Program-made: the position numbers and the translations under genes | The notes under the pieces: model-generated | Told to the model about the DNA's origin: nothing | What the model saw: the letters and a program-made list of their open reading frames with translations, nothing else | The model's database searches: none | In this document: piece after piece, positions 38,483 through 49,148 of the stretch | Layout of the letters: each line of letters begins with the position of its first letter | Position numbering within the stretch: the stretch's first letter is position 1 | Assembly: GCA_964016885.1 (NCBI GenBank) | Contig: OZ024746.1 | Coordinates: forward strand, 620,001 to 684,000 | Source: Eledone cirrhosa | Lineage: Eukaryota | Reading direction: 5' to 3' | Length of the DNA: 64,000 bases

Positions 38483-39192
38483 ATATATATATATATATAT
38501 CATCATCATCATCATCATCATCATCATCGTTTAACGTCCATCTTCCACGCTAGCATGGGTTTGGACGGGAATTTTCCCACTTGAGGCAAGATTGGTTGTC
38601 TATATACAAGTTATATATATATATATAAATCAGGAAAGAAGGTTTACATGGTTTGCTATACAAAAAAGTTTTTAATCACATAGCTTACATTTGTTTCACT
38701 GAACTGGTATGTCTAGAGATCGCTATCCGCTTAATTTTGCATTACTCGATCGCCAATACAGAATTATAACCAGTCAGATCTTCGGAGCATGCGAGAATGA
38801 AGAAAATACACAGGCAAGAAAAGAAAAGAAAATACAGGCTACTATATGAAGTAGTAATGGCATTCAATTAGAACAATAACAACAATTACAACAATGCTAT
38901 CGATAAATTATTTAAGGAGACCCTGACATTACTTAGGTGGGGGTATATAATGTATCTAATGTAACGGCGTGAAAACTAGCTGTCATAAGGCAAAATGAAG
39001 CGTTGACATGTACAAAGTATCGTAGTGTATATCAATTTTAAATTATAAAGATAAGCTAGTTTTTACAGTCTTTCTCTTCATCTTCAACAGTATACATGAG
39101 TGGGACCACTGTCAAAGCTAAATAGTTGTATAGTTAATACAGAGGTTAACGAATTAATATACGCATATATTTACGTACACACACACACACAT

Positions 39193-39235
<43 letters not shown>

Positions 39236-40366
39236 CACATATATACACATGCATGTGTACATAGACACATACATACACATCAATATACACTCGTACAAAA
39301 ATATACATACATGCAAAGAGAAAAGCGTGCTAATTGTAATTATGGCAAAAAGAAGGTAAAGTAACATTGTAGTAGTGAAATGAGAAAAGCTAGGATTTAG
39401 GATCAAATGATTGCAGCAGCTGAGAAGGAGTAAGATTGTTGGTAGATGAGGTACTTACAGACAATTGTGTGGTATAGACTTGTGAAGGATATAGTATACT
39501 TAATGAATATATTTCTGTGGGTAGTAGGTATCCTAATTTAAAGCTATGTTATGTTGGTTCGATTCACGGAGGTTTGAATCTTATGAATTTAGTGGCTATT
39601 CTATGTCTGCAGAAGATAGATCTTTCTAACTTATTGTTAAGTAGCCTTTTAACATTTCTAAGGATATACAATAGCTCAAGATCACACAGCCCGCAATAGG
39701 ACATCCCTGTACTATAGGTTTTAGCAGCCGACAACTTCGACCAGTTGATACTGTAGTTAGTGTTGCTGTCCTTCAATTCCCATATTTTTCTGGCGAGGGT
39801 TGTGGAACCCATAAGTGCACGGTTTTTCATTGAGTGCCTGTGCACATACCATCTTTTCTTAAAAGAACCCGCGGTGGATCCTATGTAATTCCAGGTGGAG
39901 TTACCCGAGATGACAGTGCACATGTACACCAGGCTCGAATCGAGACATCTGTTCGCCAATGGGCACCTATCTGGGAGGTGACAGTTACAGTTTGAGGCGC
40001 TATTTTGTGCAGCTTTTACATTCCTGTTTAGTACTCTGTTATAAGTGGGTTGTGATATATGCCCAATGGGGTTTTGCTGCTGCGCGTTTGTATGCGCTTG
40101 TGGTTGTGATGTTGTGATGAGTTTGTGCTTATGTATAGGTGCAATTGATTTACTAGAGATATTTCTGTGGTTGATCTTGCGTATGTGTGATTCTATGTTA
40201 GCTGCTGTTGAGAATGAGAGTTTAATAGTAGATCTATTGAGTATTTTGTGATATCTATGCGAGATAGGGAAGTGTTTATCTATTAGTTTAAAGAATGTAG
40301 AGGGCAGTCTAGTTTTTATAGAGGAGTTGAATATTGGGTTGAACCATAGGTATTTTCTTTGTCTGT

Positions 40367-42322
40367 TTGACTCAACAAGGCGTTTTCACTACACTCACCA
40401 GCATTAACATGGAGGGCCTCAAGATAGTTAATAAACTCGGAATTTCAGATAGGACCGAACCGCTTACCCCGTGCAACCCTACATTTAACCTGAAGGATCA
40501 CAAAAATAACTTTGAAACTAATCCCACCATTAGATTAATATGCCCATCCAAGTCAGACATAGGTAAAATTAGCAAAAACATTCTAGATAGGGTAATCGCA
40601 CAAATAAAGGGTAAACTAGAAATCAATTTATGGGGCAACACTAACGAGGCAATTAAATGGTTCAATAAAATACAAAATAGGGAGACGTGTAACTTCATAC
40701 AATTTGATATAGACGACTATTATGCATCCATATCCCCAGCTACCCTAGATAAGGCGCTTATATTTGCCCAAAATAACTCTGATCTTACCCATGATGAAAT
40801 TGAAATAATAATAGCGGCTAGAAGGACTATCATAAAATTTGAAAATAACTACTGGGTAAGAAAGGATAGAATAAATAGCTTCGATATAACAATGGGATCA
40901 AATGATTCTGCGCAAATCACAGATATCGTGGGGCTATTCATAGCACACAACCTACATAAGGAATTCAGTAACCTCCAAGGAGGAATTTATAGGGACGACA
41001 CATTACTTATAGCTAGGAACCTAAACAACCAGAGCATGGAAAGACTAAGGAAAAATATTAGAAGATTCTTCAAAAAACTAGGCCTAAGTATTACCTACGA
41101 ACTAAACCATAAGAAGGTAAATTTTCTAGATGTAACTCTAAATCTAAATACTGGATTAATAGAACCTTTCCACAAAAATAATGAAAATCTTGCCTACATT
41201 AGTTACAACTCAAATCACCCCAAATCCATAATTAAATCCATAGCACGTAGTATATCCCTCCGAATATCCCGCTTATCCTCAAACCTAGAAATCTTTAACG
41301 AGCATGCTGACTATTATAATTTAGCATTACGTAGGGCCGGTCATAAAGATAAACTACAGTATATAGTGAATAAGGACAACATAAACAATCCTAGTAATCA
41401 CTACTCCAACCGCTCACATAATAATAGGAATAGCTTGACTAGACATAGGGTTAGACATGTAACACCTGGAGTAAACGGCCAAAACACTAATAACGTAAAC
41501 CCAAGAAACAATAGAAGAAACAGACAAAGAAAATACCTATGGTTCAACCCAATATTCAACTCCTCTATAAAAACTAGACTGCCCTCTACATTCTTTAAAC
41601 TAATAGATAAACACTTCCCTATCTCGCATAGATATCACAAAATACTCAATAGATCTACTATTAAACTCTCATTCTCAACAGCAGCTAACATAGAATCACA
41701 CATACGCAAGATCAACCACAGAAATATCTCTAGTAAATCAATTGCACCTATACATAAGCACAAACTCATCACAACATCACAACCACAAGCGCATACAAAC
41801 GCGCAGCAGCAAAACCCCATTGGGCATATATCACAACCCACTTATAACAGAGTACTAAACAGGAATGTAAAAGCTGCACAAAATAGCGCCTCAAACTGTA
41901 ACTGTCACCTCCCAGATAGGTGCCCATTGGCGAACAGATGTCTCGATTCGAGCCTGGTGTACATGTGCACTGTCATCTCGGGTAACTCCACCTGGAATTA
42001 CATAGGATCCACCGCGGGTTCTTTTAAGAAAAGATGGTATGTGCACAGGCACTCAATGAAAAACCGTGCACTTATGGGTTCCACCACCCTCGCCAGAAAA
42101 ATATGGGAATTGAAGGACAGCAACACTAACTACAGTATCAACTGGTCGAAGTTGTCGGCTGCTAAAACCTATAGTACAGGGATGTCCTATTGCGGGCTGT
42201 GTGATCTTGAGCTATTGTATATCCTTAGAAATGTTAAAAGGCTACTTAACAATAAGTTAGAAAGATCTATCTTCTGCAGACATAGAATTGCCACTAAATT
42301 CATAAGATTCAAACCTCCGTGA
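40367..42322 (+). CDS. PLE reverse transcriptase + GIY-YIG endonuclease, N-terminally truncated, 651 open codons
   Basis: RT motifs QFDIDDYY, MGSNDSAQI, IYRDD, NFLDV. EN motifs LVYMCTV...NYIGST with CNC-x5-CP-x4-C, CGLC and CRH. No true ATG; the ORF starts at the inversion junction. Confidence 0.9.
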   Translation: MTQQGVFTTLTSINMEGLKIVNKLGISDRTEPLTPCNPTFNLKDHKNNFETNPTIRLICPSKSDIGKISKNILDRVIAQIKGKLEINLWGNTNEAIKWFNKIQNRETCNFIQFDIDDYYASISPATLDKALIFAQNNSDLTHDEIEIIIAARRTIIKFENNYWVRKDRINSFDITMGSNDSAQITDIVGLFIAHNLHKEFSNLQGGIYRDDTLLIARNLNNQSMERLRKNIRRFFKKLGLSITYELNHKKVNFLDVTLNLNTGLIEPFHKNNENLAYISYNSNHPKSIIKSIARSISLRISRLSSNLEIFNEHADYYNLALRRAGHKDKLQYIVNKDNINNPSNHYSNRSHNNRNSLTRHRVRHVTPGVNGQNTNNVNPRNNRRNRQRKYLWFNPIFNSSIKTRLPSTFFKLIDKHFPISHRYHKILNRSTIKLSFSTAANIESHIRKINHRNISSKSIAPIHKHKLITTSQPQAHTNAQQQNPIGHISQPTYNRVLNRNVKAAQNSASNCNCHLPDRCPLANRCLDSSLVYMCTVISGNSTWNYIGSTAGSFKKRWYVHRHSMKNRALMGSTTLARKIWELKDSNTNYSINWSKLSAAKTYSTGMSYCGLCDLELLYILRNVKRLLNNKLERSIFCRHRIATKFIRFKPP

Positions 42323-42642
42323 ATCGAACCAACATAACATAGCTTTAAATTAGGATACCTACTACCCACAGAAATATATTCATTAAGTATACTATATCCT
42401 TCACAAGTCTATACCACACAATTGTCTGTAAGTACCTCATCTACCAACAATCTTACTCCTTCTCAGCTGCTGCAATCATTTGATCCTAAATCCTAGCTTT
42501 TCTCATTTCACTACTACAATGTTACTTTACCTTCTTTTTGCCATAATTACAATTAGCACGCTTTTCTCTTTGCATGTATGTATATTTTTGTACGAGTGTA
42601 TATTGATGTGTATGTATGTGTCTATGTACACATGCATGTGTA

Positions 42643-42693
<51 letters not shown>

Positions 42694-43083
42694 ATGTGTG
42701 TGTGTGTGTACGTAAATATATGCGTATATTAATTCGTTAACCTCTGTATTAACTCTACATCTATTTAGCTTTGACAGTGGTCCCACTCATGTATACTGTT
42801 GAAGATGAAGAGAAAGACTGTAAAAACTAGCTTATCTTTATAATTTAAAATTGATATACACTACGATACTTTGTACATGTCAACGCTTCATTTTGCCTTA
42901 TGACAGCTAGTTTTCACGCCGTTACATTAGATACATTATATACCCCCACCTAAGTAATGTCAGGGTCTCCTTAAATAATTTATCGATAGCATTGTTGTAA
43001 TTGTTCTAATTGAATGCCATTACTACTTCATATAGTAGCCTGTATTTTCTTTTCTTTTCTTGCCTGTGTATTTTCTTCATTCT

Positions 43084-43200
43084 CGCATGCTCCGAAGATC
43101 TGACTGGTTATAATTCTGTATTGGCGATCGAGTAACGCGAAATTAAGCGGATAGCGATCTCTAGACATACCAGTTCAGTGAAATAAATGTAAGCTATGTG
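43084..43200 (+). ncRNA. Hammerhead of the Naiad-type PLE, CCGAAGA core, ~80-nt stem II domain (mirror copy 38677-38793, minus)
   Basis: cgcatgct-CCGAAGA-tctgactggt...accagttcagt-GAA-a(c/t)aaatgt-a-agctatgtg. Confidence 0.7.
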
Positions 43201-43246
43201 ATTAAAAACTTTTTTGTATAGCAAACCATGTAAACCTTCTTTCCTG

Positions 43247-43997
43247 GGCAGTGTGTGCAGAGGATATACGCAGACTGGAGAGGAACGAAGCTTGCATGCT
43301 CCGCTGGATGTGTAATAGTAATATACGTGAATGGCAAAGCATAAACGAACTAAGGGAGAAATTAGGAATAAGAGGGATCAGATGTTGTTTACTCGAGAGA
43401 AGACTACGTTGGTACGCTCATGTGATGCGCATGAAAGACGACAGCTGTATAAAAAGTGCAAGGTGATAAAAATAGACGGTAGCCACGGAGTAGGCAGACC
43501 CAGAAAAACCTGGGACGACTTGATAAATTCCGACCTCACACACTTACACCTCTCCAAGACAATATCACTGGACCGAGATCTTTGGCGCCACACAGTAATA
43601 CAGAAGACCCGCCTTGCCTAAGTACAAAGTGAAACCTACAGTCAGTAGGCACCTCTAACAAAAATACACCCCGGCCCCACTACCCCCACCCCATCCACAT
43701 CACCCCTTCCAATGTAAAGTTATGTTGGTACCACAACATCCAGTCAGAAACAAATGAGGTTGTGTAGGTGTCATGACAAAAAAACACACAGTCCACGCTG
43801 TAATGTGGCCGTGTAGGTAACACGGTAAAAACCTCCCAGTCCACACTGTAAACGTGGTTGGTGTTAGGAAAGGCATCCAGCCGTAGAAAACCCGCCAGAC
43901 AGTCCTATACGAGCAGGACAACCAATCTTGCCTCAAGTGGGAAAACTCCCGTCCAAACCCATGCAAGCGTGGAAGATGGACGTTAAACGAGGATGAT
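43247..43997 (+). mobile_element. RTE LINE 3' fragment
   Basis: CAEDIRRLERNEACMLRWMC..GRPRKTW, 3' UTR and tail. Confidence 0.88.
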
Positions 43998-44673
43998 ATA
44001 AAACAGATGTCTGTCTGTGTGTATGATTTTTATGCATTTCCACATTTCTCTACCGATTTTGATGATTTTTTTTTCCAATGTGCTCCAAATTTAACCACGA
44101 TGGTCAACGCGTAATAAACTTTGCCAAAAAGTTCCTGCTTCTATGAAAAAAGTCGATAAAACTAAATACATGCTGTAATCCTCTCTCTTACACGCTTAAT
44201 GCCTCTCTCTACTACCCTCAATTGCAACTCTCTCTCTATATATATATATATCACACACACATATACATATACATCTAAAGAGAGAAAGGGAGATGTAGAA
44301 AGAGAGAGTGAGATAGGTCGTTATACAGGTACAAGATAATCAGATAGAGAGAGAGAATGGCGACGAACGCTGGTTCACACACACAAACACATATATATAT
44401 AAAGACAGAGAGAGAGAGATCTGCGCGTTCTTTATTGTTCTCCATTCTGTAGAGGAAGAGAGAGAGAGGTGGTATGAGTGAAAGAGAAAGAGAGGGTATG
44501 AGAAAAAAGGGAGATGGGTTGAGAAAGAAAGAAAGAGTGAGGAATTTTAACTTTTATTTATTTATCTATTCTTTACACACTGTTCAACTCTCCCCTTTCC
44601 TCAACCTAACGTCTCTTTCTCTCTTTCACACAAGACGTACTGTGACTGTGTGTGTTATATATATTTATGTCCG

Positions 44674-44704
<31 letters not shown>

Positions 44705-44711
44705 ACGCATT

Positions 44712-44748
<37 letters not shown>

Positions 44749-45339
44749 TTGTTATAAAAACAGATTAAAGTTTAAGCAAAGAATCGCTGCTTTCAACATT
44801 AATGGGATCTTCTGAAACTAAAAAATTCAATCTGTGAAGTAAATATTTTGAGAAACATTGCAACCGAAGGAAAACAGGAAGACGATATTTTGGTTCATGA
44901 AGACGTTCCCTGGCAATGAACGGAAAAAAAGCGAGGAAAATACGTTGTTATGTGGACCAAGAAGAACAATTTCATGCAAAGACAAAACCAAGTTTAAGGT
45001 ATAAATGGAGTCGTTAGACTAATATTCTATTTAAAATAACTGAATGATTTCCAGCCCTGGAGTTTAAGAATGATGTAAATAAAATTGTAAACGAAAATGA
45101 CAGAGGTTATTAAAATAGTTGTTTCTACTTTTGGAACAAGGCCAGCAATTGCCCAGTACATTACTGGTACTCCATTTTATCGACCTCGTAAGGATGAAAG
45201 GCAAAATTAACCTCAACGGGATTTTAACTTTGCCTTAAAATAGTAAAAGTAAATATGGAAGATTTAGGCCAGTACATACGTATGCGCCGACGGACATACA
45301 CATACATATACATACACACACACAAATACATACGCGCGC

Positions 45340-45787
45340 GCATGCGTGTGTGTGTGTAAACCTTATGCATTTCTACAGTATTTTCACCAAACTTAAGACA
45401 TAGGTTACTTATGTACTCCGGATGGTCATGGGCACTTTCATTTTTCCAGATATTGATTATAGGGCCTCCCGGCAGATAACCCCTTTTAACCACTTCCTTG
45501 GAGTCGACTGAAGCACTGCAGTGCAATGCAACAAAACGTCATAACTTCTGGAGTTCGCAACCGATTTTCACAAAACTTGACACATGGGCTATGTTTGTCC
45601 TACAGATGAATGTGAACTCTCAGAATTGGCACATATTGGGTAGGGGACCCCTGGGGGCAGGAACCCCCTTTTGGAAAAAGCCGTTGATTTTGTAAAAGTA
45701 TAGTTTTCGAAGCAGCACTGAAGTATTGACATAAATGGTATACATAACTGCTATTTAATACCCGAGCAACGCTGGGTACCTCTGCTA

Positions 45788-45789
<2 letters not shown>
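45340..45789 (+). mobile_element. Non-autonomous Helitron-like 3' portion (related 5'-type pieces at ~43998-44160 and ~31176-31800)
   Basis: Ends with acccgagcaacgctgggt hairpin then ctgCTAGt, the same terminus as 26487. Confidence 0.68.
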
Positions 45790-45831
<42 letters not shown>

Positions 45832-45998
45832 ATATATATATATGTATATATATAGTGAAAACTTGGACGGGAACAAAAAGATATATATATATATATGTGT
45901 GTATAATATATATATATGTATATATATATATAAATATATATGTGTATATATATATATATGTATGTATATATATATATGTGTATATATATATATATGTG

Positions 45999-46367
45999 AA
46001 GGTGCATGGCTTAGTGGTTAGAACATTGGCCTTGCAATCGAAAGGTTGTGAGTTCAATTCTCGGCCCGGGTGATGTGTTCTTTCCTTGAGCAAGACACTT
46101 TATTTCACATTGCTCCAGTTTACTCAGCTGTAGAAATGAGATGATAGGGACTGGGGTCCCTACCATTCCACTGCAAAGTGGTCGTGGGAGTGCCACGGAA
46201 AACAAGCACCCAGCACTCACTGTAAATGAGGTTGGTGTTAGGAAGGCATCCAGAATCAGTTTCCGTATGAGCAAGACATGGTCAGCCGACCGGCTACTGC
46301 CCACAACAGGACAACCTGTCTAACCCATGCTAGCGTGAAAGAACGGACGTAAATGGTGATGATGATA
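45999..46367 (+). mobile_element. tRNA-derived SINE with RTE-derived 3' tail
   Basis: Same head and body as 20704-21046. Confidence 0.85.
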
Positions 46368-46741
46368 TGTATATATATGTATATATATATATATATAGTG
46401 GTAGAACACTGGAAGGTAATATCCGTAGTGGTAGAGCACTCAGTCCATGGGACGAGTTAGGTAGAAGGTGTCCATTACAAGCTGAGGATCCGCTCAGGTG
46501 AAACTATTGTTCTCGGTATGGTGAACTAACTGTTGTGTAACCATTTCTATATATATATATATGCGTATATATATATATATAAACAGACACATATATATAA
46601 TGTAATAAAAGGAGGTATGTATCATAAGAGAAGAAGAGAGACAGAGAGGTGTGATAGAGTGTGCTAAATGCTGATAGCCGAAGCGAGGTGTGCTCGATGC
46701 TTAGCATATTAAAAAAGGGTTAGACCAACTTTGATTATGTG

Positions 46742-46832
46742 TTCTCTGAGGATTCTATACCACAGCGTTAGCAGCTTATATGTGTGTAAACACTGTTACT
46801 CGCTGTGGTATAGTTGAAACATAATGTAAGAA
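46742..46832 (+). ncRNA. Type I hammerhead with long stem II
   Basis: ttct-CTGAGGA-tt-ctataccacagcg...cgctgtggtatag-tt-GAA-acataatgt-a-agaa. 13-bp perfect stem II, GUA site. Confidence 0.8.
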
Positions 46833-46904
46833 GTAAAATTTTGTTTTAAATGAATTGCTACTCCCTCATTTATTTATTTTGCTTATATATATATGTATAT
46901 ATAT

Positions 46905-47657
46905 AGATCTTGGGTACACAGGAGATGTAGTGGGCTAGCAGGCAAACTAACAGGTAGGGAGAAATACGTATGCAGTAGATGTACAGGGAAATTTGACAGT
47001 AGAAGTCGCAGTGATAGACAATTTTTTCAAATGCAGGTGGGTGCTATAGAAGTGGTTGATAGCTTCTGATACCTAGGTGATCAGATTGGCATGGGAGAGG
47101 AGGGGGTTCCGAGGCCATAGTATCTAGAATAAGGATGGGTTGGAAGAAGTTTAGGGAGCTGCTTCCTCTGTTGACAAAGAAGAGTTTCTCCCTATGAACG
47201 AAAGGCCGGTTATATGATGCCTGTGACAGATGCGCAATGCTGCATGGTAGTGAGATATAGGCAGTAACTGTGGAGGATATGCGACAGCTGGAGAGAAATT
47301 TAGCAAGCATGCTCCGTTGGATGTGCAATGTCAATGTGCGTGAATAACCAAGCATAGATGAGTTGAGAGAGAAAATGTGTATAAGAGGAATGAGCTGTAG
47401 TGTCCGGGAGAGAAGGCTGAGATGGTATGGACATGTGAGGCACATGGAGGATGACCACTGGGTAAAGAAGTGCTAAGAAATCCCAGTAGAAGGAAGACCA
47501 CGAAAAACATGGGTGGAGGTGTTGAGTGCAGACCTCAGATCACTGAAGATCCCGGATGAGATGACGAACCGTGACGAATAGAGAAATGCTGTGCTGAATA
47601 GGACCCGTCCCACCCTTGCAAGCAGAGAAAAGTGGACGTAAAATGATGATGATGATA
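46905..47657 (+). mobile_element. Second RTE subfamily, decayed 3' part (short tail copy at ~58694-58794, minus)
   Basis: [31 protein letters not shown] with stops. Distinct tail cccacccttgcaagcag..aaaagtggacgtaaaatgatg. Confidence 0.82.
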
Positions 47658-47670
47658 TGTATATATATAT

Positions 47671-48076
47671 AGGCTTTCTGCTTCACCCTGATCCAAGCTG
47701 CTCTCACCCGCACCCATGAAACAGACCACACCATAGCCCTCACACCTCACTCCCGCCCTCCCACGTTCCTTTCCCTCTCACCTACCACCCCATCTCCCTA
47801 CCACTCCGGCGACATATCCTCTGTTCCTTCCGTATCCTCTCTTCTGACCCTATCACTTCTCCCTTTTTTCCAAACCCACCCATTATTGCTTTTAAACGCG
47901 CCCACAACCTCCGCGACCTCCTGGTTCGTAGTTCCTTCTCGTCCTATTCCACGACTCCACCTGGCTCTCATCATTGTTCCCGTTCCCCTGCAACACTTGT
48001 CCCTTCATTTACACCCTCACCACTCTTACAGGCTCTAACAGGTCTTTCCATATCTGCCACTTGTTCACCTGCACCC
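47671..48076 (+). mobile_element. Degenerate PLE (Neptune-like) thumb/linker fragment
   Basis: Translates with frameshifts to ..PLTYHP..LSSDP..FPNPPIIAFKRAHNLRDLLVRS..PG..C..CNTC..FTCT, a typical PLE RT-EN linker. Confidence 0.7.
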
Positions 48077-48651
48077 AAAATGTTAAGACACTCTTCCTGC
48101 TATATCAAGCGTCAACCTAATATATCCCTTCCATATACTGTACTGATTGTGTTTTTATTTCTGTTTACCTTTTACATATATATATATGTATATATATATG
48201 TATATGAAACAAAAGCAAAGAGCGCTTACATCATCAATTAATCTTTATTTGCTGACAGTGTTTCGTCCATGTATATATATATGTATATATATATATATGT
48301 ATATATGTGTATATATGTACATATATGTATATGTCTATATATATATATATATATGTCTATATATATATATATATATCAGTGATTGGTTGAGGAAGTTGAC
48401 AACTGTTAGAGTTTCATTGGGAAAAAGCTTCTCCAAATATCATATTGGCATTAAGTGACAGAGCGTACAAAGCCCACCCACATCCCTAATGGGATGCTAA
48501 TCCATCACAGGGTTAACTCCCAGTTGCTGCACCTTTTATACAGTTTACTAGACTGGAGCAACGTGAAATGAAGTGTATTGCTCAAAGACCTAATGTGTTA
48601 CTCAGGAAAAAAACAGTAAAATGAGGAAGATTTTAATATAAATAATTTTCA

Positions 48652-49025
48652 ACACATACTGTGTACATGTGCACACACATACATACTGTGTACACACAAA
48701 CACTGTGTACACACACACACTGTGTACACACATACATACGGTGTACATGTGTACACAAATACATACTGTGTACATAGATATACACTGTGTACACACATAC
48801 ATACTGTGTACACACATACACACTGTGTACACACATACACACTGTGTACACACATACACACTGTGTACACACATACATACTGTGTACATAATGTGTACAC
48901 ATTATGTATGTGTGTACACACATACATACTGTGTACATAATGTGTACACAGTATGTGTGTACACACATACATACTGTGTACATATGATGTACACAGTGTG
49001 TACATGTGTACACATATACATACAT
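48652..49025. repeat. ~21-bp degenerate CA/TG-rich minisatellite
   Basis: Unit tgtgtacacacatacatac(ac). Confidence 0.9.
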
Positions 49026-49148
49026 CTACACAATTGATTCTAGCTTAGAGAGAAAAGAATGAATTTGAATTGAAATTAAGATTAAAGCTAATCTCCAGAT
49101 TATTAAAATCTGACACTTTACTTAGAAAGCTAACTAGTTTAGAGGAAC

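Larger units (their letters stand above)
38630..43245 (+). mobile_element. Penelope-like retroelement (probably Naiad type), 5'-truncated, with ~1.7 kb inverted copy of its 3' portion
   Basis: 38630-40367 is the near-identical reverse complement of ~41519-43245. Central ORF has RT and GIY-YIG-like domains. Hammerhead motif in each arm. Left end lies in (TA)n. Confidence 0.93.

Noticed and set aside
40367-43245. Selenoprotein-type Naiad (in-frame UGA plus SECIS)
   Set aside because: Conserved cysteines use normal codons, there is no internal TGA, and I saw no convincing SECIS.
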